Origin: the human T2T-CHM13v2.0 reference genome, Homo sapiens
DNA: 64,000 nucleotides
Assembly (NCBI RefSeq): GCF_009914755.1
Contig: NC_060933.1
Strand: one strand, 5' to 3'
The notes beneath the pieces are model-generated. The model ran no database searches. It was not told the origin of the DNA and was given only the letters and a program-made list of their open reading frames with translations. The translations under genes were made by a program, and so were the position numbers. Positions 28,801 through 45,099 of this stretch are shown here, piece after piece. Numbering within the stretch: position 1 is the first letter of the stretch; each line of letters begins with the position of its first letter.

Positions 28801-31800
28801 ATTCCCCTGCTGTTGGGTTGATTCCATTCCATTCCATTCCATTCCATTCCATTCCGTTCCATTCCATTCCATGCCATTCCATTCCATTCCTTTCCGTTCC
28901 ATTCCATTCCATTCCATTCCATTCCATTCTGTTCCATTCCGTTCCTTTCCATTCCATTCCATTCTATTCGGGTTAATTCCTTTACATTCCATTCGATTGC
29001 AATCGAGATGATTCCATTCCATTCCATTCCATTCCATTCCATTCCATTCCATTCCATTTCAGTCCTTTCCATTCCATTACGGATTATTCCATTCAATTGC
29101 ATTCCATTCCATTCCATTCCCCTGTACTCGGGTTGATTCCATTCCATTCCATTCCAATCCATGCCATTCCACTCGTGTTGATTCCATTCTTTAAATTCCA
29201 TTCATGTTGAATACATTCCATTGCATTCCATTCCATTCGATTCCATTCGATTGCACTCGGGTTGATTCCATTCCATTGCATTCCATTCCATTCCATTCCA
29301 TTCCATTCCATTCCGTTCCATTCCATTTCATTACATTCAGATTGATTCTATTCAATTCACTTACACTCCATTATGTTCCAAACCATTCTGGTTGTTTCCA
29401 TTCCATTCCATTCCTTGTCACTCCATTCCATTGCACTCGGGTTGATTCCATTCCATTCCATTCCATTGCATTCCATTCCATTCCATTCCGGATGATTCCA
29501 TTCCATTGCATTCCATTCCATTCCATACCATTCTATTCGGGTTAATTCCATTCCATTCCATTCCATTCCAATCCATTCTAGTCCTTTCCATTCCATTCCA
29601 CTCGGGTTGATTCCATTCTATTCCTTTCCATTCCATTCCATTCCATTGCAATCGAGTTGATTCCATTGCTTTGCATTCCATTTCATTCCATTCCATTCCA
29701 TTCCGGATGATTCCATTCCATTGCATTCCATTGCTTTTTATTCCCCTGCACTCGGGTTGATTCCATTCCATTCCATTACATTACATTCCGTTCCATTCCA
29801 TTCCATTCCATTCGGATTGATTCTATTCAATTCCCTTACACTCCATTACATTCCATTCCATTCGGTAAGTTTCCATTCCATTCCATTCCATTCCTCTCCA
29901 TTCCATTGCACTCGGGTAGATTCCATTCCATTCTTTCCATTCCATTCCATTCCATTCCATTCCATTCCATTGTACTTGGGTTGATTCCATTCCATTGCAT
30001 TCCATTCCATTCCATTTCATTCCATTCCATTCCGTTCCATTCTATTACATTCGGATTGTTTCTATTCAACTCCCTTACTCTCCATTACATTCCAGTCCAT
30101 TCAGGTTGTTCCATTCCAGTCCATTCCATTCCACTCCATTCCATTGCACTCGGGTTTATTCCATTCCATTCCATTCCATTCCATTCCGTTCCATTCCAAT
30201 CCATTCCATTCCATTTCGGATGATTCCATTCCATTGCATTCCGTTCCATTACATTCCCCTACACTCGGGTTGATTCCATTCCATTCCATTCCATTCCATT
30301 CGTTTCCATCCCATTCCAATTCTTTCCATTCCATTCTATTCCGTACCATTCCATTCCATTCCATACAATTCCATTCCATTCCATTCCATTCCATTCCATT
30401 CCATTCCGTTCCGTTCCATTCCGTTCCGTTCCGTTCCATTCCATTCCATTCCATTCTATTCGGGTTAATTCCATTCCATTCCATTCTATTCCATTCCATT
30501 GCAATCGAGTTGAATCCATTGCATTCCATTCCATTCCATTCCATTCCATTGCATTCCATTCCGGAAGATTCCATTCCATTGCATTCAATTCCATTCCATT
30601 CCCCTGCACTCGCGTTTATTCCTTTCAGTTCCATTCCATTCCATTCCATTCCATTCCGTTCCGTTCCATTCCATTCCATTCCATTCCATTCCATTCCGTT
30701 CCGTTCCGTTCCGTTCCATTCCATTCCATTCCATTCTATTCGGGTTAATTCCATTCCATTCCATTCCACTCCATTACAGTCCTTTCCATTCCATTCCACT
30801 CGGGTTGATTCCATTCTATTCCTTTCCATTCCATTCCATTCCATTGCAATCGAGTTGATTCCATTAGAATTGAATCCATTCCATTCCATTCCATTCCATT
30901 CCATTGCACACGGGTTCATTCCATTCCATTCCATTCCATTCCATTCCATTCCATTTCATTCCATTCCATTTCATTCCATTCCATTCTATTCCGTACCATT
31001 CCATTCCATCCCATTCCATTCCGTTCCATTCCATGCCATTACACTCGGGTTGATTCCATTCCTTTCCATTCCATTCTTGTTGAATCCATTCCATTCTATT
31101 CCATTCCATTCGAATCCATTCCATTGCACTCGGGTTGATTCCATTCCATTCCATTCCATTCCATTCCATTCCATTCCATTTCATTCCATTCCATTCCATT
31201 ACATTCGGATTGATTCTATTCAATTCCCTTACACTCCATTACATTCCATTCCATTCGGGATGTTTCCATTCCATTCCATTCCACTCCATTCCATTGCATC
31301 AGGTTGATTGCATTCCATTCCATTCCATTCCATTCCGGATGATTCCATTCCATTGCATTCCATTCCATTCCATTCCCCTGCACTCGGGTTGATTCCATTC
31401 CATTCCATTCCATTCCATTCCATTCCATTCCATTCCATTGCGTTCCACTCCATTCCATTCCATTCTATTCGGGTTAATTCCATTCCATTCCATTCGATTC
31501 CATTCCATTCCATTCCATTCCGTTCCGGATGATTCCATTCCATTCCATTCCATTCCATTCCATTCCCCTGCAGTCGGGTTGATTCCATTCCATTCCATTC
31601 CATTCCATTCCGTTCCGTTCCATTCCATTCCATTCCATTCTATTCGGGTTAATTCCATTCCATTCCATTCCATTCCATTCCATTCCATTCCATTCCAATC
31701 GAGTTGATTCCATTGCTTTGCATTCCATTCCATTCCATTCCATTCCGGATGATTCCATTCCATTGCATTCCATTCCATTCCATTCCCCTGCACTCGGGTG

Positions 31801-34011
31801 GATTCCATTCCATTCCACTCCATTCCGTTCCATTCCATTCCATTCCATTGTATTCGGGTTAATTCCATTCCATTCCATTCCATTCCATTCCATTCCATTC
31901 CATTCCATTACACTCGAGTTGATTCCATTCCATTCTCTTCCATTTCATTCCATTCCATTCCATTCCATTCCAGTCCTTTCCATTCCATTCCACTCGGGTT
32001 GATTCCCTTCCTTTCCATTCCACTCGAATACATTCCCTCCTATTCCACTCGGAACGATTCCATTCCATTCCATTCCATTCCATTTCGTTCCATTCCATTC
32101 TATTCCGTACCATTCCATTCCATTCCATTTCTATCCATTCCATTCCATTCCACTCGTGTTGATTCCATTCCTTTCCATTCCATTCGGTTTGAAGGCATTC
32201 CATTCCATTCAATTCCATTCCATTCCATTCCATTCCATTCCATTCCATTCCATTCCATTCCATTCCATTGTACTCGGGTTGATTCCATTCCACTGCATTC
32301 CATTCCATTCCATTCCATTCCATTCCATTCCATTCCATTCCATTCCATTCCTTTCCATTCCATTACTGATGATTCCATTCCATTGCATTCCATTCCATTC
32401 CATTCCCCTGTACTCGGATTGATTCCATTCCATTCCATTCCAATCCATGCCATTCCACTCGTGTTGATTCCATTCTTTCCATTCCATTCAAGTTGAATCC
32501 ATTCCATTGCATTCCATTCCATTCGATTCCATTCGATTGCACTCGGGTTGATTCCATTCCATTGCATTCCATTGCATTCCATTCCATTCCATTCCGGATG
32601 ATTCCATTCCATTGCATTCCATTCCATTCCATTCTCCTGCACTCGGGTTGATTCCATTCCATTCCATTCCATTACATTCTGTTCCATTCCATTCCATTCC
32701 ATTCGGATTGATTCTATTCAATTCCCTTACACTCCATTACATTCCATTCCATTTGGGTAGTTTCCATTCCATTCCATTCCACTCCTCTCCATTCCATTGC
32801 ACTCGGTTTGATTCCATTCCATTCTTTCCATTCCATTCCACTCCATTCCATTCCATTCCATTCCATTCCATTGTACTCGGGTTGATTCCGTTGCATTGCA
32901 TTCCATTCCATTGCATTCCATTCCATTCCATTCCATTCCATTCCTTTCCATTGCATTACATTCGGATTGTTTTTATTCAACTCCCTTACTCTCCATTACA
33001 TTCCATTCCATTCGGGTTGTTCCATTCCATTCCATTCCATTCCACTCCATTCCATTGCACTCGGGTTGATTCCATTCCATTCCATTCCATTCCATTTCAT
33101 TCCATTCCATTCCATTCCGGATGATTCCATTCCATTGCATTCCGTTACATTACATTCCCCTACACTCGGGTTGATTCCATTCCATTCCATTCCATTCCAT
33201 TCGATCCCATTCCATTCCAGTCCAGTCCATTCCGTTCCGTTCCGTTCCGTTCCGTTCCATTCCATTCCCTTCCATTCTATTCGGGTTAATTCCATTCCAT
33301 TCCATTCCATTCCATTCTATTCCATTCCATTGCAATCGAGTTGAATCCATTGCATTCCTTTCCATTCCATTCCATTCCATTCAATTCCATTCCATTCCGG
33401 AAGATTCCATTCCATTGCATTCCATTCCATTCCATTCCCCTGCACTCGCGTTTATTCCTTTCAGTTCCATTCCATTCCATTCCATTCCATTCCGTTCCGT
33501 TCCGTTCCGTTCCATTCCATTCCATTCCATTCCATTCCGTACCGTTCCATTCCATTCCATTACATTCCATTCTATTCGGGTTAATTCCATTCCATTCCAT
33601 TCGATTGCAATCGAGTTGATTCCATTCCATTCCATTCCATTCCATTCCATTCCATTCCATTCCATTACGGTTGATTCCATTCCATTGCATTCCATTCCAT
33701 TCCATTTCCCTATACTCGGCTTGATTCCATTCCATTCCATTCCATTCCATGCCATTCCACTCGTGTTGATTCCATTCTTTAGATTCCATTCAAGTTGAAT
33801 CCATTCCATTGCATTCCATTCCATTCGATTCCATTCGATTGCACTCGGTTTGATTCAATTCCATTGCATTCCATTCCATTCCATTCCATTCCATTCCATT
33901 CCGTTCCATTCCATTCCATTACATTCGGATTGATTCTATTCAATTCCCTTACACTCCATTACATTCCATTCCATTCGGGTAGTTTCCATTCCATTCCATT
34001 CCATTCCTCTT

Positions 34012-37000
34012 CATTCCATTGCACTCGGGTTGATTCCATTCCATTCCATTCCATTCCTTTCCATTCCATTCCATTCCATTCCATTGTATGCAGGTTGATT
34101 CCATTCCATTGCATTCCATTCCATTCCATTACATTCCATTCCGTTCCATGCCATTCCATTACATTCGGATTGATTCTTTTCAACTCCCTTACTCTCCATT
34201 ACATTCCATTCCATTCTGGTTGTTCCATTCCATTCCATTCCATTCCACTCCATTCCATTGCATTCGGGTTGATTCCATTCCATTCCATTCCATTCCATTC
34301 CATTCCGGATGATTCCATTCCATTCCATTCGATTCCATTCCATTCCCCTGCACTCGCGTTGATTCCATTCCATTCCATTCCCTTCCCTTCCATTCCATTC
34401 CATTCCATTCCTTTCCGTTCCATTCCATTCCATTCCATTCCGTTCCGTTCCGTTCCGTTCCATTCCATTCCATTCCATTCTATTCGGGTTAAATCCATTC
34501 CATTCCATTCGATTGCAATCGAGTTGATTCCATTCCATTCCATTCCATTCCATTCCATTCCTTTCCATTCCATTACGGATGATTCCATTCCATTGCATTC
34601 CATTCCATTCCATTCCCCTGTACTCGGGTTGATTCCATTCCATTCCATTCCAATCCGTGCCATTCCACTCGTGTTGATTCCATTCTTTCCATTGCATTCA
34701 AGTTGAATCCATTCCATTGCATTCAATTCCATTCGATTCCATTCGATTGCACTCGGGTTGATTCCATTCCATTGCATTCCATTCCATTCCATTCCATTCC
34801 ATTCCATTCCGTTCCATTCCATTTCATTACATTAAGATTGATTCTATTCAATTCCCTTACACTCCATTATATTCCAATCCATTCTGGTTGTTTCCATTCC
34901 ATTCCATTCCATTTCACTCCATTGCATTGCACTCGGGTTGATTCCATTCCATTCCATTCCGTTCCATTCCGCATGATTCCATTCCATTGCATTCCATTCC
35001 ATTCCATTCCCGTGCACTCGGCTTGATTCCATTCCATTCCATTACATTACATTCCGTTCCATTCCATTCCATTCCATTCGGATTGATTCTATTCAATTTC
35101 CTCCCACTTCATTACATTCCATTCCATTCGGGTAGTTTCCATTCCATTCCATTCCATTCCTCTCTATTCCATTGCACTCGGGTTGATTCCATTCCATTCC
35201 ATTCCATTCCATTCCATTCCATTCCATTCCATTCCATTGTACTCGGGTTGATTCCATTCCATTGCATTCCATTCCATTCCATTCCATTCCATTCCGTTCC
35301 ATTCCATTCCATTACATTCGGATTGATTCTATTCAACTCCCTTACTCTCAATTACATTCCATTCCATTCGGGTTGTTCCATTCCATTCCATTCCATTCCA
35401 CTCCATTCCATTGCACTCGGGTTGATTCCATTCCATTCCATTCCATTCCATTCCATTCCATTCCATTCCATTCCGTTCCTTTCCATTCCATTCCATTCCA
35501 TTCTATTCGGGTTAATTCCATTCCATTCCATTCGATTGCAATCGAGTTGATTCCATTCCATTCCATTCCATTCCTTTCCATTCCATTACGGATGATTCCA
35601 TTCCATTGCATTCCATTCCATTCCATTCCCCTGTACTCGTGTTGATTCCATTCCATTCCATTCCAATCCATGCCATTCCACTCGTGTTGATTCCATTCTT
35701 TCCATTGCATTGAACTTGAATCCATTCCATTGCATTCCATTCCATTCGATTCCATTCGATTGCACTCTGGTTGATTCCATTCCATAGCATTCCATTGCAT
35801 TCCATTCCATTCCATTCCATTCCGTTCCATTCCATTTCATTACATTCAGATTGATTCTATTCAATTCACTTACACTCCATTATATTCCAATCCATTCTGG
35901 TTGTTTCCATTCCATTCCATTCCATTTCACTCCATTCCATTGCACTCGGGTTGATTCCATTCCATTCCATTCCATTCCATTCAATTCCATTCCATTACAA
36001 TTCGTTCCATTCCATTCTATTCCGTACCATTCCATTCCATTCCATACCATTCCATTCCATTCCATTCCATTCCATTCCATTCCATTCCATTCCGTTCCAT
36101 TCCTTTCCATTCCATTCCATTCCATTCTATTCGGGTTAATTCCATTCCATTCCATTCCATTCCATTCCATTCCATTCCATTCTATTCCATTCCATTGCAA
36201 TCGAGTTGAATCCATTGCATTTCATTCTATTCCATTCCATTCCATTCCATTCCTGAAGATTCCATTCCATTTCATTCCATTCCATTCCATTCAATTCCAT
36301 TCCGTTCCATTCCATTCCATTACATTCGGATTGATTCTATTCAACTCCCTTACTCTGCATTACATTCCATTCCATTCGGGTTGTTCCATTCCATTCCATT
36401 CCATTCCACTCCATTCCATTGCACTCGGTTGATTCCATTCCATTCCATTCCATTCCATTCCACTCCATTCCGGAAGATTCCATTCCATTGCATTCCATTC
36501 CATTCCATTCCCCTGCACTCGCGTTGATTCCATTCCATTCCATTCCATTCCATTCCATTGTATTCCATTCCATTCCATTCCTGATGATTCCATTCCATTG
36601 CATTCCATTCCATTCCATTCCCCTGCACTCGCGTTGATTCCATTCCATTCCATTCCATTACATTCCGTTCCATTCCATTCCATTCCATTCGGATTGATTC
36701 TATTCAATTCCCTTACACTCCATTACATTCCATTCCATTCTGGTACTTTCCATTCCATTCCATTCCATTCCTCTGCATTCCATTGCACTCGTGTTGATTC
36801 CATTCCATTGCATTCCATTCCATTCCACTCAATTCCATTCCGTTCCATTCCATTCCATTACATTCGGATTGATTCTATTCAACTCCCTTACTCTCCATTA
36901 CATTCCATTCCATTCGTGTTGTTCCATTCCATTCCATTCCATTCCACTCCATTCCATTGCACTCGGGTTGATTCCATTCCATTCCATTCCATTCCATTCT

Positions 37001-40000
37001 ATTCCATTCCGGAGGATTCCATTCCATTGCATTGCATTCCATTCCATTCCCCTGCACTCGCTTTGATTCTATTCCATTCCATTCCATTCCATTCCATTCC
37101 ATTCCATTCCATTCCTTTCCGTTCCATTCCATTCCATTCCATTCCATTCCATTGCATTCCGTTCCGTTCCTTTCCATTCCATTGCATTCCATTCTATTCG
37201 GGTTATTTCCATTCCATTCCATTCGATTGCAATCGAGTTGATTCCATTCCATTCCATTCCATTCCATTCCATTCCTTTCCATTCCATTACGGATGATTCC
37301 ATTCCATTGCATTCCATTCCATTGCATTCCCCTGTACTCGGGTTGATTCCATTCCATTCCATTCCATTCGAATCCATGCCATTCCACTCGTGTTTATTCC
37401 AGTCTTTCCATTCCATTCAATTTGAATCCATTCCACTGCATTCCATTCCATTCCATTCCCCTGCAGTCGGGTTGATTCCATTCCATTCCATTCCATTCCA
37501 TTCCATTCCATTACGTTCCGTTCAGTTCCATTCCATTCCGTTCTATTCGGGTAAATTCCATTCCATTCCATTCCATTCCATTCCATTCCATTCCAATCGA
37601 GTTGATTCCATTCCATTCCATTCCATTCCATTCCATTCCACTCCATTCCAGTACTTTCCATTCCATTCCACTCGGGTTGATTCCATTGTATTCCTTTCCA
37701 TTCCATTCCATTTCATTGCAATCGAGTTGATTCCATTGCTTTGCATTCCATTCCATTCCATTCCATTCCGGATGATTCCATTTCATTGCATTCCATTCCA
37801 TTCCATTCCCCTGCACTCGGGTTGATTCCATTCCATTCCACTCCATTCCGTTCCATTCCATTCCATTCCATTGTATTCGGGTTAATTCCATTCCATTCCA
37901 TTCCATTCCATTCCATTCCATTCCAATCCATTACAATCGAGTTGATTCCATTCCATTCCATTCAATTCCATTCCATTCCTTTCCATTCCATTCCATTCCA
38001 TTCCATTCCATTCCATTCCATTGTACTCGGGTTGATTCCATTCCATTGCATTCCATTCCATTCCATTCCGTTGCATTCCATTCCATTACATTCGGATTGA
38101 TTCTATTCAACTCCCTTACTCTCCATTACATTCCATTCCATTCGGGTTGTTACATTGCATTCCATTCCATTCCACTCCATTCCATTGCACTCGGGTTGAT
38201 TCCATTCCATTCCATTCCATTCCTTTCCATTCCATTCCATTCCATTCCATTGTATGCAGGTTGATTCCATTCCATTGCATTCCATTCCATTCCATTACAT
38301 TCCATTCCGTTCCATGCCATTCCATTACATTCGGATTGATTCTTTTCAACTCCCTTACTCTCCATTACATTCCATTCCATTCTGGTTGTTCCATTCCATT
38401 CCATTCCATTCCACTCCATTCCATTGCATTCGGGTTGATTCCATTCCATTCCATTCCATTCCATTCCATTCCGGATGATTCCATTCCATTCCATTCGATT
38501 CCATTCCATTCCCCTGCACTCGCGTTGATTCCATTCCATTCCATTCCCTTCCATTCCATTCCATTCCATTCCATTCCTTTCCGTTCCATTCCATTCCATT
38601 CCATTCCGTTCCGTTCCGTTCCGTTCCATTCCATTCCATTCCATTCTATTCGGGTTAAATCCATTCCATTCCATTCGATTGCAATCGAGTTGATTCCATT
38701 CCATTCCATTCCATTCCATTCCATTCCTTTCCATTCCATTACGGATGATTCCATTCCATTGCATTCCATTCCATTCCATTCCCCTGTACTCGGGTTGATT
38801 CCATTCCATTCCATTCCAATCCGTGCCATTCCACTCGTGTTGATTCCATTCTTTCCATTGCATTCAAGTTGAATCCATTCCATTGCATTCAATTCCATTC
38901 GATTCCATTCGATTGCACTCGGGTTGATTCCATTCCATTGCATTCCATTCCATTCCATTCCATTCCATTCCATTCCGTTCCATTCCATTTCATTACATTA
39001 AGATTGATTCTATTCAATTCCCTTACACTCCATTATATTCCAATCCATTCTGGTTGTTTCCATTCCATTCCATTCCATTTCACTCCATTGCATTGCACTC
39101 GGGTTGATTCCATTCCATTCCATTCCGTTCCATTCCGCATGATTCCATTCCATTGCATTCCATTCCATTCCATTCCCGTGCACTCGGCTTGATTCCATTC
39201 CATTCCATTACATTACATTCCGTTCCATTCCATTCCATTCCATTCGGATTGATTCTATTCAATTTCCTCCCACTTCATTACATTCCATTCCATTCGGGTA
39301 GTTTCCATTCCATTCCATTCCATTCCTCTCTATTCCATTGCACTCGGGTTGATTCCATTCCATTCCATTCCATTCCATTCCATTCCATTCCATTCCATTC
39401 CATTGTACTCGGGTTGATTCCATTCCATTGCATTCCATTCCATTCCATTCCATTCCATTCCGTTCCATTCCATTCCATTACATTCGGATTGATTCTATTC
39501 AACTCCCTTACTCTCAATTACATTCCATTCCATTCGGGTTGTTCCATTCCATTCCATTCCATTCCACTCCATTCCATTGCACTCGGGTTGATTCCATTCC
39601 ATTCCATTCCATTCCATTCCATTCCATTCCATTCCATTCCGTTCCTTTCCATTCCATTCCATTCCATTCTATTCGGGTTAATTCCATTCCATTCCATTCG
39701 ATTGCAATCGAGTTGATTCCATTCCATTCCATTCCATTCCTTTCCATTCCATTACGGATGATTCCATTCCATTGCATTCCATTCCATTCCATTCCCCTGT
39801 ACTCGTGTTGATTCCATTCCATTCCATTCCAATCCATGCCATTCCACTCGTGTTGATTCCATTCTTTCCATTGCATTGAACTTGAATCCATTCCATTGCA
39901 TTCCATTCCATTCGATTCCATTCGATTGCACTCTGGTTGATTCCATTCCATAGCATTCCATTGCATTCCATTCCATTCCATTCCATTCCGTTCCATTCCA

Positions 40001-42389
40001 TTTCATTACATTCAGATTGATTCTATTCAATTCACTTACACTCCATTATATTCCAATCCATTCTGGTTGTTTCCATTCCATTCCATTCCATTTCACTCCA
40101 TTCCATTGCACTCGGGTTGATTCCATTCCATTCCATTCCATTCCATTCAATTCCATTCCATTACAATTCGTTCCATTCCATTCTATTCCGTACCATTCCA
40201 TTCCATTCCATACCATTCCATTCCATTCCATTCCATTCCATTCCATTCCATTCCATTCCGTTCCATTCCTTTCCATTCCATTCCATTCCATTCTATTCGG
40301 GTTAATTCCATTCCATTCCATTCCATTCCATTCCATTCCATTCCATTCTATTCCATTCCATTGCAATCGAGTTGAATCCATTGCATTTCATTCTATTCCA
40401 TTCCATTCCATTCCATTCCTGAAGATTCCATTCCATTTCATTCCATTCCATTCCATTCAATTCCATTCCGTTCCATTCCATTCCATTACATTCGGATTGA
40501 TTCTATTCAACTCCCTTACTCTGCATTACATTCCATTCCATTCGGGTTGTTCCATTCCATTCCATTCCATTCCACTCCATTCCATTGCACTCGGTTGATT
40601 CCATTCCATTCCATTCCATTCCATTCCACTCCATTCCGGAAGATTCCATTCCATTGCATTCCATTCCATTCCATTCCCCTGCACTCGCGTTGATTCCATT
40701 CCATTCCATTCCATTCCATTCCATTGTATTCCATTCCATTCCATTCCTGATGATTCCATTCCATTGCATTCCATTCCATTCCATTCCCCTGCACTCGCGT
40801 TGATTCCATTCCATTCCATTCCATTACATTCCGTTCCATTCCATTCCATTCCATTCGGATTGATTCTATTCAATTCCCTTACACTCCATTACATTCCATT
40901 CCATTCTGGTACTTTCCATTCCATTCCATTCCATTCCTCTGCATTCCATTGCACTCGTGTTGATTCCATTCCATTGCATTCCATTCCATTCCACTCAATT
41001 CCATTCCGTTCCATTCCATTCCATTACATTCGGATTGATTCTATTCAACTCCCTTACTCTCCATTACATTCCATTCCATTCGTGTTGTTCCATTCCATTC
41101 CATTCCATTCCACTCCATTCCATTGCACTCGGGTTGATTCCATTCCATTCCATTCCATTCCATTCTATTCCATTCCGGAGGATTCCATTCCATTGCATTG
41201 CATTCCATTCCATTCCCCTGCACTCGCTTTGATTCTATTCCATTCCATTCCATTCCATTCCATTCCATTCCATTCCATTCCTTTCCGTTCCATTCCATTC
41301 CATTCCATTCCATTCCATTGCATTCCGTTCCGTTCCTTTCCATTCCATTGCATTCCATTCTATTCGGGTTATTTCCATTCCATTCCATTCGATTGCAATC
41401 GAGTTGATTCCATTCCATTCCATTCCATTCCATTCCATTCCTTTCCATTCCATTACGGATGATTCCATTCCATTGCATTCCATTCCATTGCATTCCCCTG
41501 TACTCGGGTTGATTCCATTCCATTCCATTCCATTCGAATCCATGCCATTCCACTCGTGTTTATTCCAGTCTTTCCATTCCATTCAATTTGAATCCATTCC
41601 ACTGCATTCCATTCCATTCCATTCCCCTGCAGTCGGGTTGATTCCATTCCATTCCATTCCATTCCATTCCATTCCATTACGTTCCGTTCAGTTCCATTCC
41701 ATTCCGTTCTATTCGGGTAAATTCCATTCCATTCCATTCCATTCCATTCCATTCCATTCCAATCGAGTTGATTCCATTCCATTCCATTCCATTCCATTCC
41801 ATTCCACTCCATTCCAGTACTTTCCATTCCATTCCACTCGGGTTGATTCCATTGTATTCCTTTCCATTCCATTCCATTTCATTGCAATCGAGTTGATTCC
41901 ATTGCTTTGCATTCCATTCCATTCCATTCCATTCCGGATGATTCCATTTCATTGCATTCCATTCCATTCCATTCCCCTGCACTCGGGTTGATTCCATTCC
42001 ATTCCACTCCATTCCGTTCCATTCCATTCCATTCCATTGTATTCGGGTTAATTCCATTCCATTCCATTCCATTCCATTCCATTCCATTCCAATCCATTAC
42101 AATCGAGTTGATTCCATTCCATTCCATTCAATTCCATTCCATTCCTTTCCATTCCATTCCATTCCATTCCATTCCATTCCATTCCATTGTACTCGGGTTG
42201 ATTCCATTCCATTGCATTCCATTCCATTCCATTCCGTTGCATTCCATTCCATTACATTCGGATTGATTCTATTCAACTCCCTTACTCTCCATTACATTCC
42301 ATTCCATTCGGGTTGTTACATTGCATTCCATTCCATTCCACTCCATTCCATTGCACTCGGGTTGATTCCATTCCATTCCATTCCATTCC
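34012..42389 (+). repeat. Near-perfect 4166-bp tandem duplication (34012-38177 / 38178-42343, junction homology to 42389)
   Basis: ORF-track entries recur identically at +4166 (34088/38254, 34703/38869, 36598/40764, 37238/41404, 37741/41907). Spacer pentamer counts match wherever checked. One substitution was seen (C34387 vs A38553). Confidence 0.97.
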
Positions 42390-45099
42390 ATTCCGGATGT
42401 TTCCATTCCATTGCATTCCGTTCCATTACATTCCCCTGCACTCGCGTTGATTCCATTCCATTCCATTCCATTCAATTCAATTCCATTCCATTACAATTCC
42501 TTCCATTCCATTCTATTCCGTACCATTCCATTCCATTCCATACCATTCCATTCCATTCCATTCCATTCCATTCTGTTCCATTCCGTTCCATTCCATTCCA
42601 TTCCATTCTATTCGGGTTAATTCCATTCCATTCGATTCTATTCCATTCCATTGCAATCGAGTTGAATCCATTGCATTTCATTCCATTCCATTCCATTCCA
42701 TTCCATTCCATTCCGGAAGATTCCATTCCATTGCATTCCATTCCATTCCATTCCCCTGCACTCGCGTTGATTCCATTCCATTCCATTCCATTCCATTCCA
42801 TTCCATTCCGTTCCGTTCCGTTCCATTCCATTCCATTCCATTCCATTCCATTCCGTTCTGTTCCGTTCCATTCCATTCCATTCCATTCCATTCCATTCCA
42901 TTCCGTTCTGTTCCGTTCCATTCCATTCCATTCCATTCCATTCCATTCCATTCTATTCGGGTTAATTCCATTCCATTCCATTCGATTGCAATCGAGTTGA
43001 TTCCATTCCATTCCATTCCATTCCATTCCATTCCATTCCATTCCATTCCTTTCCATTCCATTACGGATGATTCCATTCCATTGCATTCCATTCCATTCCA
43101 TTCCCCTACACTCGCCTTGATTCCATTCCATTCCATTCCATTCCGTTCCGTTCCGTTCCATTCCATTCCATTCCATTCCATTCCGTTCCGTTCCGTTCCG
43201 TTCCATTCCATTCCATTCCATTCCATTCCATTCTATTCGGGTTAATTCCATTCCATTCCATTCGATTGCAATCGAGTTGATTCCATCCCATTCCATTCCA
43301 TTCCATTCCGTTCCATTCCATTCCTTTCCATTCCATTACGGATGATTCCATTCCATTGCATTCCATTCCATTCCATTCCCCTGTACTCGGGTTGATTCCA
43401 TTCCATTCCATTCCAATCCATGCCATTCCACTCTTGTTGATTCCATTCTTTCCATTCCATTCAAGTTGAATCCATTCCATTGCATTCCATTCCATTCGAT
43501 TCCATTCGATTGCACTCAGGTTGATTCCATTCCATTGCATTCCATTCCATTCCATTCCATTCCATTCCATTCCATTCCGTTCCATTCCATTCCATTACAT
43601 TCGGATTGATTCTATTCAATTCCCTTATACTCCATTACATTCCATTCCATTCGGGTAGTTTTCATTCCATTCCATTCCATTCCTCTCCATTCCATTGCAC
43701 TCGGGTTGATTCCATTCCATTCCATTCCATTCCATTCCATTCCATTCCATTCCATTCCATTGTACTCGGGTTGATTCCATTCCATTGCATTCCTTTCCAT
43801 TCCATTCCATTCCATTCCATTCCGTTCCATTCCATTCCATTACATTCGGATTGATTCTTTTCAACTCCCTTACTCTCCATTACATTCCATTCCATTCCAC
43901 TCCATTCCATTGCACTCGGGTTGATTCCATTCCATTCCATTCCATTCCATTCCGGATGATTCCATTCCATTCCATTCAATTCCATTCCATTCCCCTGCAC
44001 TCGCGTTGATTCCATTCCATTCCATTCCATTCCATTCCATTCCATTCCTTTCCGTTCCATTCCATTCCATTCCATTCCGTTCCGTTCCGTTCCATTCCAT
44101 TCCATTCCATTATATTCGTGTTAATTCCATTCCATTCCATTCGATTGCAATAGAGTTGATTCCATTCCATTCCATTCCATTCCATTCCATTCCATTCCAT
44201 TCCATTCCTTTCCATTCCATTACGGATGATTCCATTCCATTGCATTCCATTCCATTCCATTCCCCTGTACTCGGGTTGATTCCATTCCATTCCATTCCAA
44301 TCCATGCCATTCCACTCGTGTTGATTCCATTCTTTCCATTCCATTCAAGTTGAATCCACTCCATTGCATTCCATTCCATTCGATTCCATTCGATTGCACT
44401 CGGGTTGATTCCATTCCATTGCATTCCATTCCATTCCATTCCATTCCATTCCATTCCACTCCTTTCCATTCCGTTCCATTCCATTTCATTACATTCAGAT
44501 TGATTCTATTCAATTCCCTTACACTCCATTATATTGCAATCCATTCTGGTTGTTTCCATTCCATTCCATTCCATTTCACTCCATTCCATTGCACTCGGGT
44601 TGATTCCATTCCATTCCATTCCATTCCATTCCGGATGATTCCATTCCATTGCATTATATTCCATTCCATTCCCCTGCACTCGGGTTGATTCCATTCCATT
44701 CCATTACATTACATTCCGTTCCATTCCACTCCATTCCATTCGGATTGATTCTATTCAATTTCCTTACACTTCATTACATTCCATTCCATTCGGGTAGTTT
44801 CCATTCCATTCCATTCCATTCCTCTCTATTCCATTGCACTCGGGTTGATTCCATTCCATTCCATTCCATTCCATTCCATTGTAATCGGGTTGATTCCATT
44901 CCATTGCATTCCATTCCATTCCATTCCATTCCATTCCATTCCGTTCCATTCCATTCCATTACATTCGGATTGATTCTATTCAACTCCCTTACTCTCCATT
45001 ACATTCCATTCCATTCGGGTTGTTCCATTCCATTCCATTCCATTCCACTCCATTCCATTGCACTCGGGTTGATTCCATTCCATTCCATTCCATTCCATT

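Noticed and set aside
34012-42389. 4166-bp repeat as a mobile element or LTR pair
   Set aside because: It consists wholly of satellite, in head-to-tail copies with no terminal repeats, target-site duplication or coding capacity.
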